Source: a virus. From it: 64,000 nt of DNA. Positions 49,902 to 57,687 of this stretch are shown here, one piece after another. The notes below the pieces were generated by a model. That model was given only the letters and a program-made list of their open reading frames with translations. It did not search any database and had not been told where the DNA came from. The stretch lies in the IMG/VR virus record IMGVR_UViG_3300028581_000012; one strand, given 5' to 3'. The position numbers were made by a program, and so were the translations under genes. The stretch's first letter is position 1. Every line of letters starts with the position of its first letter.

Positions 49902-50936
49902 ATGAACATAGATAAATTTAAAGAACTTCTTTCCGTACCATCAAAAACATATCAAGAAGAAGATATGGTTGAATACATATGTGATGAGTTGGAAAAAATT
50001 CAAGGAGTTACATATTACCGTGATTCTATGATGAATATCTATGTTACAAAAGGTATTTTGGAAGAAGATGAATATTATCCAATGTTTATTGCTCACACCG
50101 ATACCGTTCACACCAAAATTGATAAAATTGTTGTTAAAGAAGAAAAACTTCAAAGACCTTATACTTTTGGAAAAACTTTTGACAACACAGAAGTTGATGT
50201 ATTAAAAGCATATGACAAATATGACAACCCAACAGGTATTGGTGGTGATGACAAATGTGGAATTTTTATTTGTTTGGAATTATTAAAACAATTAGATAAA
50301 GTTAAGGTTGGTTTATTTGTTTCAGAAGAAACAGGATGTCACGGCTCATCAAAATGTGATGAAAACTTTTTACAAGATGTTGGTTATATTACACAATACG
50401 ATGCACCTGGAAATCACCTAATTTCCGAGATTTGCTCGGGAGTTCGTTTATTTGAAAGAGATAGTGAATTTTTTAATATTGTGATTCCAACAATTGAAGA
50501 GTCATTTAAAAATGAAATGTTAGTTCAATCTCACCCATATACCGATATATCACAACTTAAAAAGAAAATTGATGTTTGTTGTATTAATATGTCTTGTGGA
50601 TATTACAATATGCATACCTCAAATGAGTTTATATCAATTGATGATGTAATTTGTGCAATTGATGCAGGAAAAAATATGGTTGAAAAACTTGGATTAAAAA
50701 AATACAAATACGAATATAAACCAATTGTTTATACGCCAAATACCGTTATGAATTCACTAATTGATTTTGATTATGATGAAGATGAGTTGGTCCATAATTT
50801 GGATTCAATTGAAGTGATTGAAGAAAGTGAAGGAATTTATATTATGGATTCTTATCAAGGGGAATCTGTTTTTATTTCAGATGAAAATTTACCAGCACTT
50901 TATGAAATAATAAGAGAAAGACTTCTTGGATTATAA
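49902..50936 (+). CDS. M20/M28-type zinc metallopeptidase
   Basis: AHTDTVH, GGDDKCG, SEETG, GYYNMHT. Confidence 0.8.
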   Translation: MNIDKFKELLSVPSKTYQEEDMVEYICDELEKIQGVTYYRDSMMNIYVTKGILEEDEYYPMFIAHTDTVHTKIDKIVVKEEKLQRPYTFGKTFDNTEVDVLKAYDKYDNPTGIGGDDKCGIFICLELLKQLDKVKVGLFVSEETGCHGSSKCDENFLQDVGYITQYDAPGNHLISEICSGVRLFERDSEFFNIVIPTIEESFKNEMLVQSHPYTDISQLKKKIDVCCINMSCGYYNMHTSNEFISIDDVICAIDAGKNMVEKLGLKKYKYEYKPIVYTPNTVMNSLIDFDYDEDELVHNLDSIEVIEESEGIYIMDSYQGESVFISDENLPALYEIIRERLLGL

Positions 50937-52064
50937 ATCGTCTTTTGTTAAATCAAACAACGGTTCTGTATTCAACAAATTTAATAGATATTCAAAACTT
51001 GTTTTCATCATTTTGTAGTTGTAACCACCATCAAGTTTTCTAAATTGATAAGTTATTTGCAAATTTTTGTTATCAACTTTATTAATCTTAATTGAATATT
51101 TTTTGTTTTTTGAATATATCCACGTTTCAAGACCTCCCAATTTTTGTATTTCATCTATTAATTTAAAAAACTTCAAGTTATACTGTTCGGTATTATCTTT
51201 AATGTTTTCTAGTTCATTTTCAAGAATACTTGTAACTTTGTTATTCCAATATTCATTAAATGCTTGTCCGTCCCAAAAATTATGTTGCATTTCATAATAT
51301 TCAGGAAGGTGGTTTACATTTGCCGTTTCTACGGCCTTAAATAATAAATCCAATAATAAATCATCAGGTTCACCAAATCTTGCAAATAACATAATGGCAG
51401 ACCCCCAACTTAACTCATACTTCCAAAAACAATATTTATCTGAATATCTTTCAATACCAATTTCATCTAAACAATTACAATAAGCCTTTTCTATACCTTC
51501 TGGCACCTCATTTTCAACCGCAAGAACTGAAGCGTCAATATAAGCATCAGTAATTGCATCTTCTAAACCTAAAATTTCAAGTAAATTTGTGATTTTATCA
51601 GTATCTTTTGAAATAACTTTACCATTTTTCAATTCTATTGAATTATATACTTCAGAAGAAAGGTATTTTGAAATTTCTTTAACTATAGATAACTGCTCAT
51701 AAGTAAAATAATCAATAACATACCCCTCACGCCAATCATCATATGTTCTATCACTAAAATCACGCCACCAACTCCAATTACCATTATACATAGATTCATA
51801 GTTATGGGCATCATACTCACCATCACTACCATCTTCATAATAGTCTTTGAAAAAAAATTGTAAGTATTCGGATAAACCATCAAATGTAAAATGTAGACCA
51901 TCTTGTCTTACTTCTATAATACCTTCATACGAATTTCCCTCACTATCAAAAAAATCAACATCATAAGGGCTCAATCTTTTTTTATTAATCTCCAATATTT
52001 TTTGGTAGTCAGATTTTTCTTCATCAGAATCATCATCTTCAAAAAGAAATATTTTTTTAATCAT
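50931..52064 (-). CDS. Hypothetical acidic, Tyr/Trp-rich protein
   Basis: 377 aa; short leader MIKKIFLFE; TATTTAT-N4-ATG (motif at 52069-52075). Confidence 0.6.
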   Translation of the reverse strand: MIKKIFLFEDDDSDEEKSDYQKILEINKKRLSPYDVDFFDSEGNSYEGIIEVRQDGLHFTFDGLSEYLQFFFKDYYEDGSDGEYDAHNYESMYNGNWSWWRDFSDRTYDDWREGYVIDYFTYEQLSIVKEISKYLSSEVYNSIELKNGKVISKDTDKITNLLEILGLEDAITDAYIDASVLAVENEVPEGIEKAYCNCLDEIGIERYSDKYCFWKYELSWGSAIMLFARFGEPDDLLLDLLFKAVETANVNHLPEYYEMQHNFWDGQAFNEYWNNKVTSILENELENIKDNTEQYNLKFFKLIDEIQKLGGLETWIYSKNKKYSIKINKVDNKNLQITYQFRKLDGGYNYKMMKTSFEYLLNLLNTEPLFDLTKDDL

Positions 52065-52077
52065 ATTTATAAATATA

Positions 52078-52108
52078 TTGTAAAATACAATTAATTGTAT
52101 TATCTTTG
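52078..52108 (+). promoter_or_regulatory. Bacteroidota-type promoter for the tmRNA
   Basis: TTG - N20 - TATCTTTG (52101-52108). Confidence 0.55.
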
Positions 52109-52130
52109 TTTTATAGTTCTTTGAAAATAT

Positions 52131-52534
52131 GGGCCCGACTTGGATTTGACAGGCGTTGGTTGAATATAAGGAGCATGCCGGGACTGAATTAATCTCGTTA
52201 AAAACTGATTCACACTATATACGGCAACGTACTAGATAACCTTTCAGTGGTTGGTTTAATTGCAACTGAGCAAGTTACTGTAGCTTAATATAAGCACGGA
52301 AACGGGAGCCGGTTCACATACGCTTAGCAACAGAAGTGATAAAAGTGGATTACCATTAAACTATAAATTGAATGGTCCATTGGTTGTTAATTTACGATGG
52401 TGAAGAACAAATTAACCTTGTTTTTGGTCAAGACAAAATCAAATATTTTGGGGTATTAGAAAATACCAACCTAAGCATGTAGTTGTCTTTTAGACAAGAC
52501 GAGCTGGACGAGGTTTCGATTACCTCCGGGTCCA
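52131..52534 (+). ncRNA. ssrA: tmRNA (SsrA)
   Basis: 5' GGGCCCG pairs with 3' CGGGTCC-A including the G3.U70 Ala determinant; GGATTTGAC D-loop-like segment; T arm GAGGT-TTCGATT-ACCTC; tag ORF 52223-52288 encodes GNVLDNLSVVGLIATEQVTVA*. CCA is not encoded. Confidence 0.92.
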
Positions 52535-52567
52535 CACTAGACATTTTGTACTTCTGGCCATATTTAT

Positions 52568-53407
52568 ATGAAAATATTATATATGGCCAGAGCACAAAAA
52601 AAATATCATTATATCTATAAAACTATTTGCTTAATAACTAATCGGTTTTACATTGGAATGCACTCAACAGACAATATTAATGACAATTATTTAGGTAGCG
52701 GTAGAAGACTATGGAATTCAATTAATTATCACGGTAAAGAAAACCACAAAAAAGAAATATTAGAATTTTTTTCTAATAGAGAGGAGCTTAAATTGAGAGA
52801 AAAAGAAATTGTCAATAAAGAACTTATCAATGACGTTTATTGTATGAATTTACAATTAGGTGGTGGAGGTGGGTTCAAAGATGACTCACATATGGTGAAA
52901 ACATGTAAAGCGGGGAATGAAAAATTTATAAAAAACATGTTGGACCCTGAATACAGAAAAATATTTTCACAAAAAATGTCAGAAGCAAATAAAAAAAGTT
53001 TTGAGTTAGGTAAACGTGTTGGGGTAAATTTTTATGATTGGACAGGTAAAAAACACACGGAGGAATCCAAACAAAAACTTAGCTCAAAAAAAAAGAACAC
53101 AGGTATTGGTTCCGATAATTCAGTTTGGGGGATGAAATGGATGAATAAAGAATGTAAAAATAAAATGGTAAAGCCAGAAGATTTCACCTATTATTTATCT
53201 ATGGATTGGCAATTTGGTCAATATCTTAGTGAAGAAAAAAAATTAATTTTAAGAAATAGTTTAGATAATGCTAGAAAATACTACAAACCGTCCTGTACGG
53301 GTAGAAAGTGGATTAATAAAGATGGGAAAAATAAAAGAGTATATGAAGATGAACTGAAAAGTTTTTTTGATGATGGTTGGGTTTTAGGTTGTTTAATAAA
53401 AAAATAA
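52568..53407 (+). CDS. GIY-YIG (Seg-like) homing endonuclease with NUMOD3
   Basis: YIYKT...FYIGMHST...YLGSG...E...NL; GKKHTEESKQKLS; two C-terminal KWxNKxGKNK repeats. The true start may be the ATG at 52583. Confidence 0.85.
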   Translation: MKILYMARAQKKYHYIYKTICLITNRFYIGMHSTDNINDNYLGSGRRLWNSINYHGKENHKKEILEFFSNREELKLREKEIVNKELINDVYCMNLQLGGGGGFKDDSHMVKTCKAGNEKFIKNMLDPEYRKIFSQKMSEANKKSFELGKRVGVNFYDWTGKKHTEESKQKLSSKKKNTGIGSDNSVWGMKWMNKECKNKMVKPEDFTYYLSMDWQFGQYLSEEKKLILRNSLDNARKYYKPSCTGRKWINKDGKNKRVYEDELKSFFDDGWVLGCLIKK

Positions 53408-53423
53408 TTGTTTTTATAAAAAA

Positions 53424-53454
53424 TTTGGAACTTAAAAAAAAACGTGTATCTTTG
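53424..53454 (+). promoter_or_regulatory. Bacteroidota primary-sigma promoter (cassette 1)
   Basis: TTTG - N19 - TATCTTTG. Confidence 0.75.
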
Positions 53455-53491
53455 TATTGTAATCATCCATAAACCCTTAAAAATTAAAAAA

Positions 53492-53695
53492 ATGAAAAAA
53501 ACAGTAATTTCTTTCTCCGTAGCACTATTTACAAAATTAGTAGTTATTCCATTTCTTAGTCAAACGCCATTTTTTACTCCATTGCCAGCATCATTGTATG
53601 GTTGGGTATATGATTTAAACGTATTAACAATTTTTGTGTTTACATTTACTATTCCAATAATTACTTACAAACTCATAAAAAATAAATTAGTATAA
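53492..53695 (+). CDS. Small membrane protein (67 aa, two hydrophobic segments)
   Basis: MKKTVISFSVALF...; start moved to the ATG at 53492 because the track start lies inside the promoter. Confidence 0.6.
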   Translation: MKKTVISFSVALFTKLVVIPFLSQTPFFTPLPASLYGWVYDLNVLTIFVFTFTIPIITYKLIKNKLV

Positions 53696-53733
53696 AATAA
53701 AAAACCCCCAATAATTAAGGGGGTTTTTATTTT
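53696..53733. terminator. Bidirectional terminator (cassette 1)
   Basis: AAAAACCCCC-loop-GGGGGTTTTT between convergent genes. Confidence 0.8.
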
Positions 53734-53749
53734 CAGATTTGTTTTAGAA

Positions 53750-54226
53750 CTAATCCGCACTATTTCTTTCAGTTGGTAATTTTTCATTTGGATTAAATTG
53801 TTGGAGATGTCTTTCATAATCTCTATACTGTTTTTGAGTACCTGTTAATTGTTGGTACAGGGCCCCTGGTGAAGATGGGTTTTCTGTTTCTCCAAATTTT
53901 GTGTCTCTTGTTCCGGCAGCATATGACATATCCGTACCTATAAACGCACAAACCGTGTTGAAATGGTATCCAAGTTGTGATTTTACGGTTGGTGATGTTT
54001 GAAGTACTTTAATAACCGCGTTATATAAAGGTTTTGAATTAATAGCATAAATTGATTTTCTTGCCAAGGCATCGTCAGTACCAAGACCTCCCATTGCGGT
54101 TAATAAGTCACCAACAATTTTTTTAGCAGTACCAACTAACTTTGGGTCATTAGTTTCTTCTTCATTTATAACTCGTCTAACGATTCGAGCCAAGTCATTT
54201 TCTGTTAATCTAACAATTCTTTTCAT
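53750..54226 (-). CDS. Leader-family protein (MKRIVRLTENDLARIVRRVINE) with an annexin-repeat-like motif
   Basis: Leader 21/22 identical to that of 56618-57112; LLTAMGGLGTDD resembles the annexin motif AMKGLGTDE. Confidence 0.65.
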   Translation of the reverse strand: MKRIVRLTENDLARIVRRVINEEETNDPKLVGTAKKIVGDLLTAMGGLGTDDALARKSIYAINSKPLYNAVIKVLQTSPTVKSQLGYHFNTVCAFIGTDMSYAAGTRDTKFGETENPSSPGALYQQLTGTQKQYRDYERHLQQFNPNEKLPTERNSAD

Positions 54227-54246
54227 AATTTTTTTGTTATAAGTTA

Positions 54247-54275
54247 ATTTTTTTATTATCTTTGTTTAATAAATA
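54247..54275. repeat. 29-bp element, copy 1 (contains the late motif on the minus strand)
   Basis: ATTTTTTTATTATCTTTGTTTAATAAATA, identical at 55991 and 57133. Confidence 0.85.
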
Positions 54276-54322
54276 CGCCCCAATTTAAAAAAGTTCAGTT
54301 TTATTAAATATTTTCATAAAAA

Positions 54323-54353
54323 TTTGGAACTTAAAATAAAATTAGTATATTTG
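54323..54353 (+). promoter_or_regulatory. Bacteroidota primary-sigma promoter (cassette 2)
   Basis: TTTG - N19 - TATATTTG; the leader AATCATnCATAAACCCTTAAAAA is shared with cassette 1. Confidence 0.75.
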
Positions 54354-54383
54354 TAGAGTAATCATTCATAAACCCTTAAAAAA

Positions 54384-54959
54384 ATGAAAAAATTAATTCT
54401 TACACTTTTTGCAATTTTACTTTATGTGAATGCTTACACACAAACAATAGACTATTCAAACTTTGACTATTTATTGTATGAAAAAAAAGTTATAGAAAAA
54501 ATTAATAACTACCGAAGTGGCATTGGTTTTAAAAAGTTATATACCTCGAATACTTTGAAAAACTTTACATCGGTAAACACATCAACTCAAAATTCAACTC
54601 AAGACAGGGCGTTTCATTTAAAGGCCGATGACACTAATGATACAATAAACAGAAAATTATATAGTGAACTTTATAACCTTACTGGAGGTAAATGTGGAAT
54701 AAAAGAACCACCAAGCGTTTTTATTAATGAAGGATATGGAGAAATAATATCAGTAGTTAGTGGTAAATATGATACCTATGATGAATTGGCAATCGAAGTA
54801 TTAAATGCCTGGTTACATTCTCCTCCACACAAAAATACAATTGAAACAAAATTTGTTAATTTAGATGAGTATGCGGGGTTAATTAGTTGTTCTGCAAAAA
54901 TTTCAAAAAGTGGTAAACTATATACTGTAGTTAACTTTGTTTCGGTTTCTAATTTTTAA
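54384..54959 (+). CDS. Secreted CAP/SCP-domain protein
   Basis: Signal peptide MKKLILTLFAILLYVNA; INNYR, GEII, AWLHSPPHKNTI. Confidence 0.75.
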   Translation: MKKLILTLFAILLYVNAYTQTIDYSNFDYLLYEKKVIEKINNYRSGIGFKKLYTSNTLKNFTSVNTSTQNSTQDRAFHLKADDTNDTINRKLYSELYNLTGGKCGIKEPPSVFINEGYGEIISVVSGKYDTYDELAIEVLNAWLHSPPHKNTIETKFVNLDEYAGLISCSAKISKSGKLYTVVNFVSVSNF

Positions 54960-55990
54960 ATATAAGGTTTTACGTATTTAGCATATCTTTGATTTGATGA
55001 TGTTGTATTACCTTCTGAAATTCCCATCATATATATTAATTTCGAATCACTTTTTGATACGTTAGTTGATGGTGGAAATATTTTATCAATAGGGTAAGAA
55101 TTATTATATTGTTGACTTGTAATTTTAGTAATTCTTTTACCTGTAGGGTCCCAATAAAAATTCCACCTAACTAAAGGCACGGTATATGGGTTTTTCATCA
55201 CTCCTGGATTCCATTTAATTTCAAACGCGGAAATTTTGTCGGCACTATTTCTAATTATTTGTGGACATTGGTTACTGTAATCATCAGGTCGACCGGCACC
55301 TCCTTGTGAGGTTTTTCCGTTACAAAAATAAGAACCTGTCAAAACCATTTTAGGAGATATGTCATTGAACGTTTTAATACCACTAATATTATATATTTCA
55401 TCTATTGTTTTAAATACCATCCTACAAGTTATAAATTGACCGGCATTTGGGTATGTTACTGTGTCCTTATCTTTATCAGTTTTACCACCAGTATCAACAA
55501 CCCAAGATTGAGTTGAAATTTTTGTAACATCAGCCTTTTTAATATTGAATTTTGCTAATTTCTGAAACAATGATGTTTCAAAAGACGAACTTCTTTTTAA
55601 CGCTAAATCTTTATTTTTTTGGTATAAATCGGTTTCTGTTGGGGTGACTACCTTCCAATCGTTTGTGTGGTCAAATCCTGTTGGTTTACCTCCCCATGAA
55701 TTACTAGCTCCCGCAGTAACTGTAATGTTAGAACAAATCATACCACCAGAACTTGTTCTCATTTTTTTTGCTTCTGGGTTAGCATCTATTTTGGCAATTA
55801 AATTTGTAATAAATGTATCAATAAATGCCGATGGGTCAGTCGCACCCGCAGCATAAGTACTTTTTTCAGAATGTTGGATATTAACCTCTTCAGTTAATAA
55901 TGGTTTTCTATTAAGAACCTTTGCAACTTCTTTAATATGCATTTCCAAAATGCGTTGTTTTTCTGATTCTGAAATTATAAATTTACTCAT
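54956..55990 (-). CDS. Leader-family protein (MSKFIISESEKQRILEMH) with a possible OmpA-C-like segment
   Basis: Leader shared with 45208-45711; ITVTAGAS...NKDLALKRS resembles the OmpA-C NxxLSxxRA motif. Confidence 0.6.
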   Translation of the reverse strand: MSKFIISESEKQRILEMHIKEVAKVLNRKPLLTEEVNIQHSEKSTYAAGATDPSAFIDTFITNLIAKIDANPEAKKMRTSSGGMICSNITVTAGASNSWGGKPTGFDHTNDWKVVTPTETDLYQKNKDLALKRSSSFETSLFQKLAKFNIKKADVTKISTQSWVVDTGGKTDKDKDTVTYPNAGQFITCRMVFKTIDEIYNISGIKTFNDISPKMVLTGSYFCNGKTSQGGAGRPDDYSNQCPQIIRNSADKISAFEIKWNPGVMKNPYTVPLVRWNFYWDPTGKRITKITSQQYNNSYPIDKIFPPSTNVSKSDSKLIYMMGISEGNTTSSNQRYAKYVKPYI

Positions 55991-56019
55991 ATTTTTTTAT
56001 TATCTTTGTTTAATAAATA
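55991..56019. repeat. 29-bp element, copy 2
   Basis: Identical to 54247-54275. Confidence 0.85.
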
Positions 56020-56076
56020 TACGACAAGTTTATAAAAGTTTATTTTTTCAAAAACTTAAAAATTTTTTCAAAAAAA

Positions 56077-56107
56077 TTTGGATATATAGAAAAAACCCGT
56101 ATCTTTG
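56077..56107 (+). promoter_or_regulatory. Bacteroidota primary-sigma promoter (cassette 3)
   Basis: TTTG - N19 - TATCTTTG. Confidence 0.75.
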
Positions 56108-56145
56108 TATTGTAATCAGTTATTAACCATCTAAAAATCAAAATT

Positions 56146-56586
56146 ATGAAAAAATTGTTTTTTGTTTCCCTTTTATTATTTTTTGTAACGTCGTTAAGTG
56201 CCCAAACAAAGTATAACTTTTTTGGTTTATATGGTAATGATTACTATGATATTACCGATAAAAAAATGAAGTATGAGGATATTTTATCGTCTGATAATTT
56301 GGGTCAAAAGTTATTAAACGGAGGGTTTAATCATTATGAGATTAATTTAGAAAAAAAGACTTTTACTCATAATTATGTTACTTTGGAAACTGGGGAACCA
56401 GACCGAAAAGAAGTTGTCAGTAAAATTACTAACCTTGTATATGGTAAAGGATTTATTAAGTTTAATGTTACAACTAAAGACTTTGGTAAATTAAACTTGG
56501 TCATTAATAATGACGATTCGGATGATATTGGTCTTGTTGTGGTTTTTAAAGAATCTGATAAAACCTACGCGGCGGTATTTAAATAA
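56146..56586 (+). CDS. Secreted/periplasmic hypothetical protein
   Basis: Signal peptide MKKLFFVSLLLFFVTSLSA|Q, a typical Bacteroidota SPI site with Gln at +1. Confidence 0.7.
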   Translation: MKKLFFVSLLLFFVTSLSAQTKYNFFGLYGNDYYDITDKKMKYEDILSSDNLGQKLLNGGFNHYEINLEKKTFTHNYVTLETGEPDRKEVVSKITNLVYGKGFIKFNVTTKDFGKLNLVINNDDSDDIGLVVVFKESDKTYAAVFK

Positions 56587-56616
56587 AAAACCCCCCCATT
56601 AAGGGGGGTTTTATTT
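56585..56616. terminator. Bidirectional terminator (cassette 3)
   Basis: A tract, C tract, loop, GGGGGGTTTT; near copy of the cassette 1 terminator. Confidence 0.8.
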
Positions 56617-56617
56617 A

Positions 56618-57112
56618 TTATTTTTTTAATAAATTTTGTACTTCAAATTTGTAACTATTACCTGCCTTAACATTCGGGTCTGCGGGTGCTCCTTGGGAAC
56701 TACAGAATTGTCTTGTAAGGTCATTAATTTTTCCGTATCCAAAACGGAAATAAGGACCTCCGTCCGTTATTGATGATACTCCATCGTATAATGTAGAAGG
56801 GTTCATTGAATCGTAACTTGTATCGTTTTTATCAGATTGAGTTGTTCCACATGCTCCGACCATTTTACTCACATCGTATTTTTTATTACCTTTGTAGTCA
56901 ATAACCATACCATTGAATGAAACCTCAAAAGGAATCATCATAGGATAACCAGGTCTTTTTTGTTTTGCGGCAATTGTTGGGTTTGACATAACAACTAAGT
57001 ATTTCAACTCACCTCGTCCAGCATCTACAATTGGAGTATTAGATTGTTCGTTTATTACTCGTTTTACGATACGAGCCAAGTCGTTTTCTGTTAATCTAAC
57101 AATTCTTTTCAT
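56618..57112 (-). CDS. Leader-family protein (MKRIVRLTENDLARIVKRVINE) with an unrelated body
   Basis: Leader shared with 53750-54226. Confidence 0.65.
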   Translation of the reverse strand: MKRIVRLTENDLARIVKRVINEQSNTPIVDAGRGELKYLVVMSNPTIAAKQKRPGYPMMIPFEVSFNGMVIDYKGNKKYDVSKMVGACGTTQSDKNDTSYDSMNPSTLYDGVSSITDGGPYFRFGYGKINDLTRQFCSSQGAPADPNVKAGNSYKFEVQNLLKK

Positions 57113-57132
57113 AATTTTTTTTTTATTAGTTA

Positions 57133-57161
57133 ATTTTTTTATTATCTTTGTTTAATAAATA
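57133..57161. repeat. 29-bp element, copy 3
   Basis: Identical to 54247-54275. Confidence 0.85.
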
Positions 57162-57189
57162 TACCTTACTTTGAAAAAGTTCAATTTTT

Positions 57190-57663
57190 ATGCAAACATT
57201 TCTTCCATACTCAGATTTTAGAAAATCATTAGAGTCATTAGATAACAAACGTTTAGGTAAACAACGTGTAGAGGCCTATCAAATTATTTCAGCAATTACA
57301 GGTAGACTTCGTAAAGATGGAAAACCATATAAGGGTTGGTTAAATCACCCTTGTTCTGTTATGTGGAAAGACTATGTTAATTCACTTAAACAATACTATA
57401 ATGATTGTATTGATGTTTGGGTTGAACGAGGTTTTAAAAATACAATGGAACACGAACATATTGAAGGTGAGTTTGTTTTACCTCATTGGTTGGGTAATGA
57501 AGAATTCCACTCTTCACATAGAGCAAATTTATTACGTAAAGATTTTGAGTATTATTCTAAACATAATTGGACTGAAGACCCCAATGACCCATATGTGTGG
57601 ATGGACGATAAGGGTTTGTGGTATAAACAAATTGTTGGAAGTAAAAAGCGAATTTACTTATAA
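57190..57663 (+). CDS. Pyrimidine-dimer DNA glycosylase family protein (DenV-like, MSMEG_6728 type)
   Basis: MQTFLPY...LDNKRLGKQRVEAYQI...HPCSVMW...SHRANLLRKD. Confidence 0.8.
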   Translation: MQTFLPYSDFRKSLESLDNKRLGKQRVEAYQIISAITGRLRKDGKPYKGWLNHPCSVMWKDYVNSLKQYYNDCIDVWVERGFKNTMEHEHIEGEFVLPHWLGNEEFHSSHRANLLRKDFEYYSKHNWTEDPNDPYVWMDDKGLWYKQIVGSKKRIYL

Positions 57664-57687
57664 TAGATTTTAGAATATATTTAAAAT

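Noticed and set aside
52500-52540. Stand-alone tRNA
   Set aside because: Only a T arm and 3' acceptor strand are present; they pair with 52131-52137 as part of the tmRNA.
53420-57165. Integron or invertase shufflon explanation for the cassette array
   Set aside because: There is no recombinase nearby, no attC-like structures, and the repeats are direct rather than inverted; homologous exchange is the simpler explanation.
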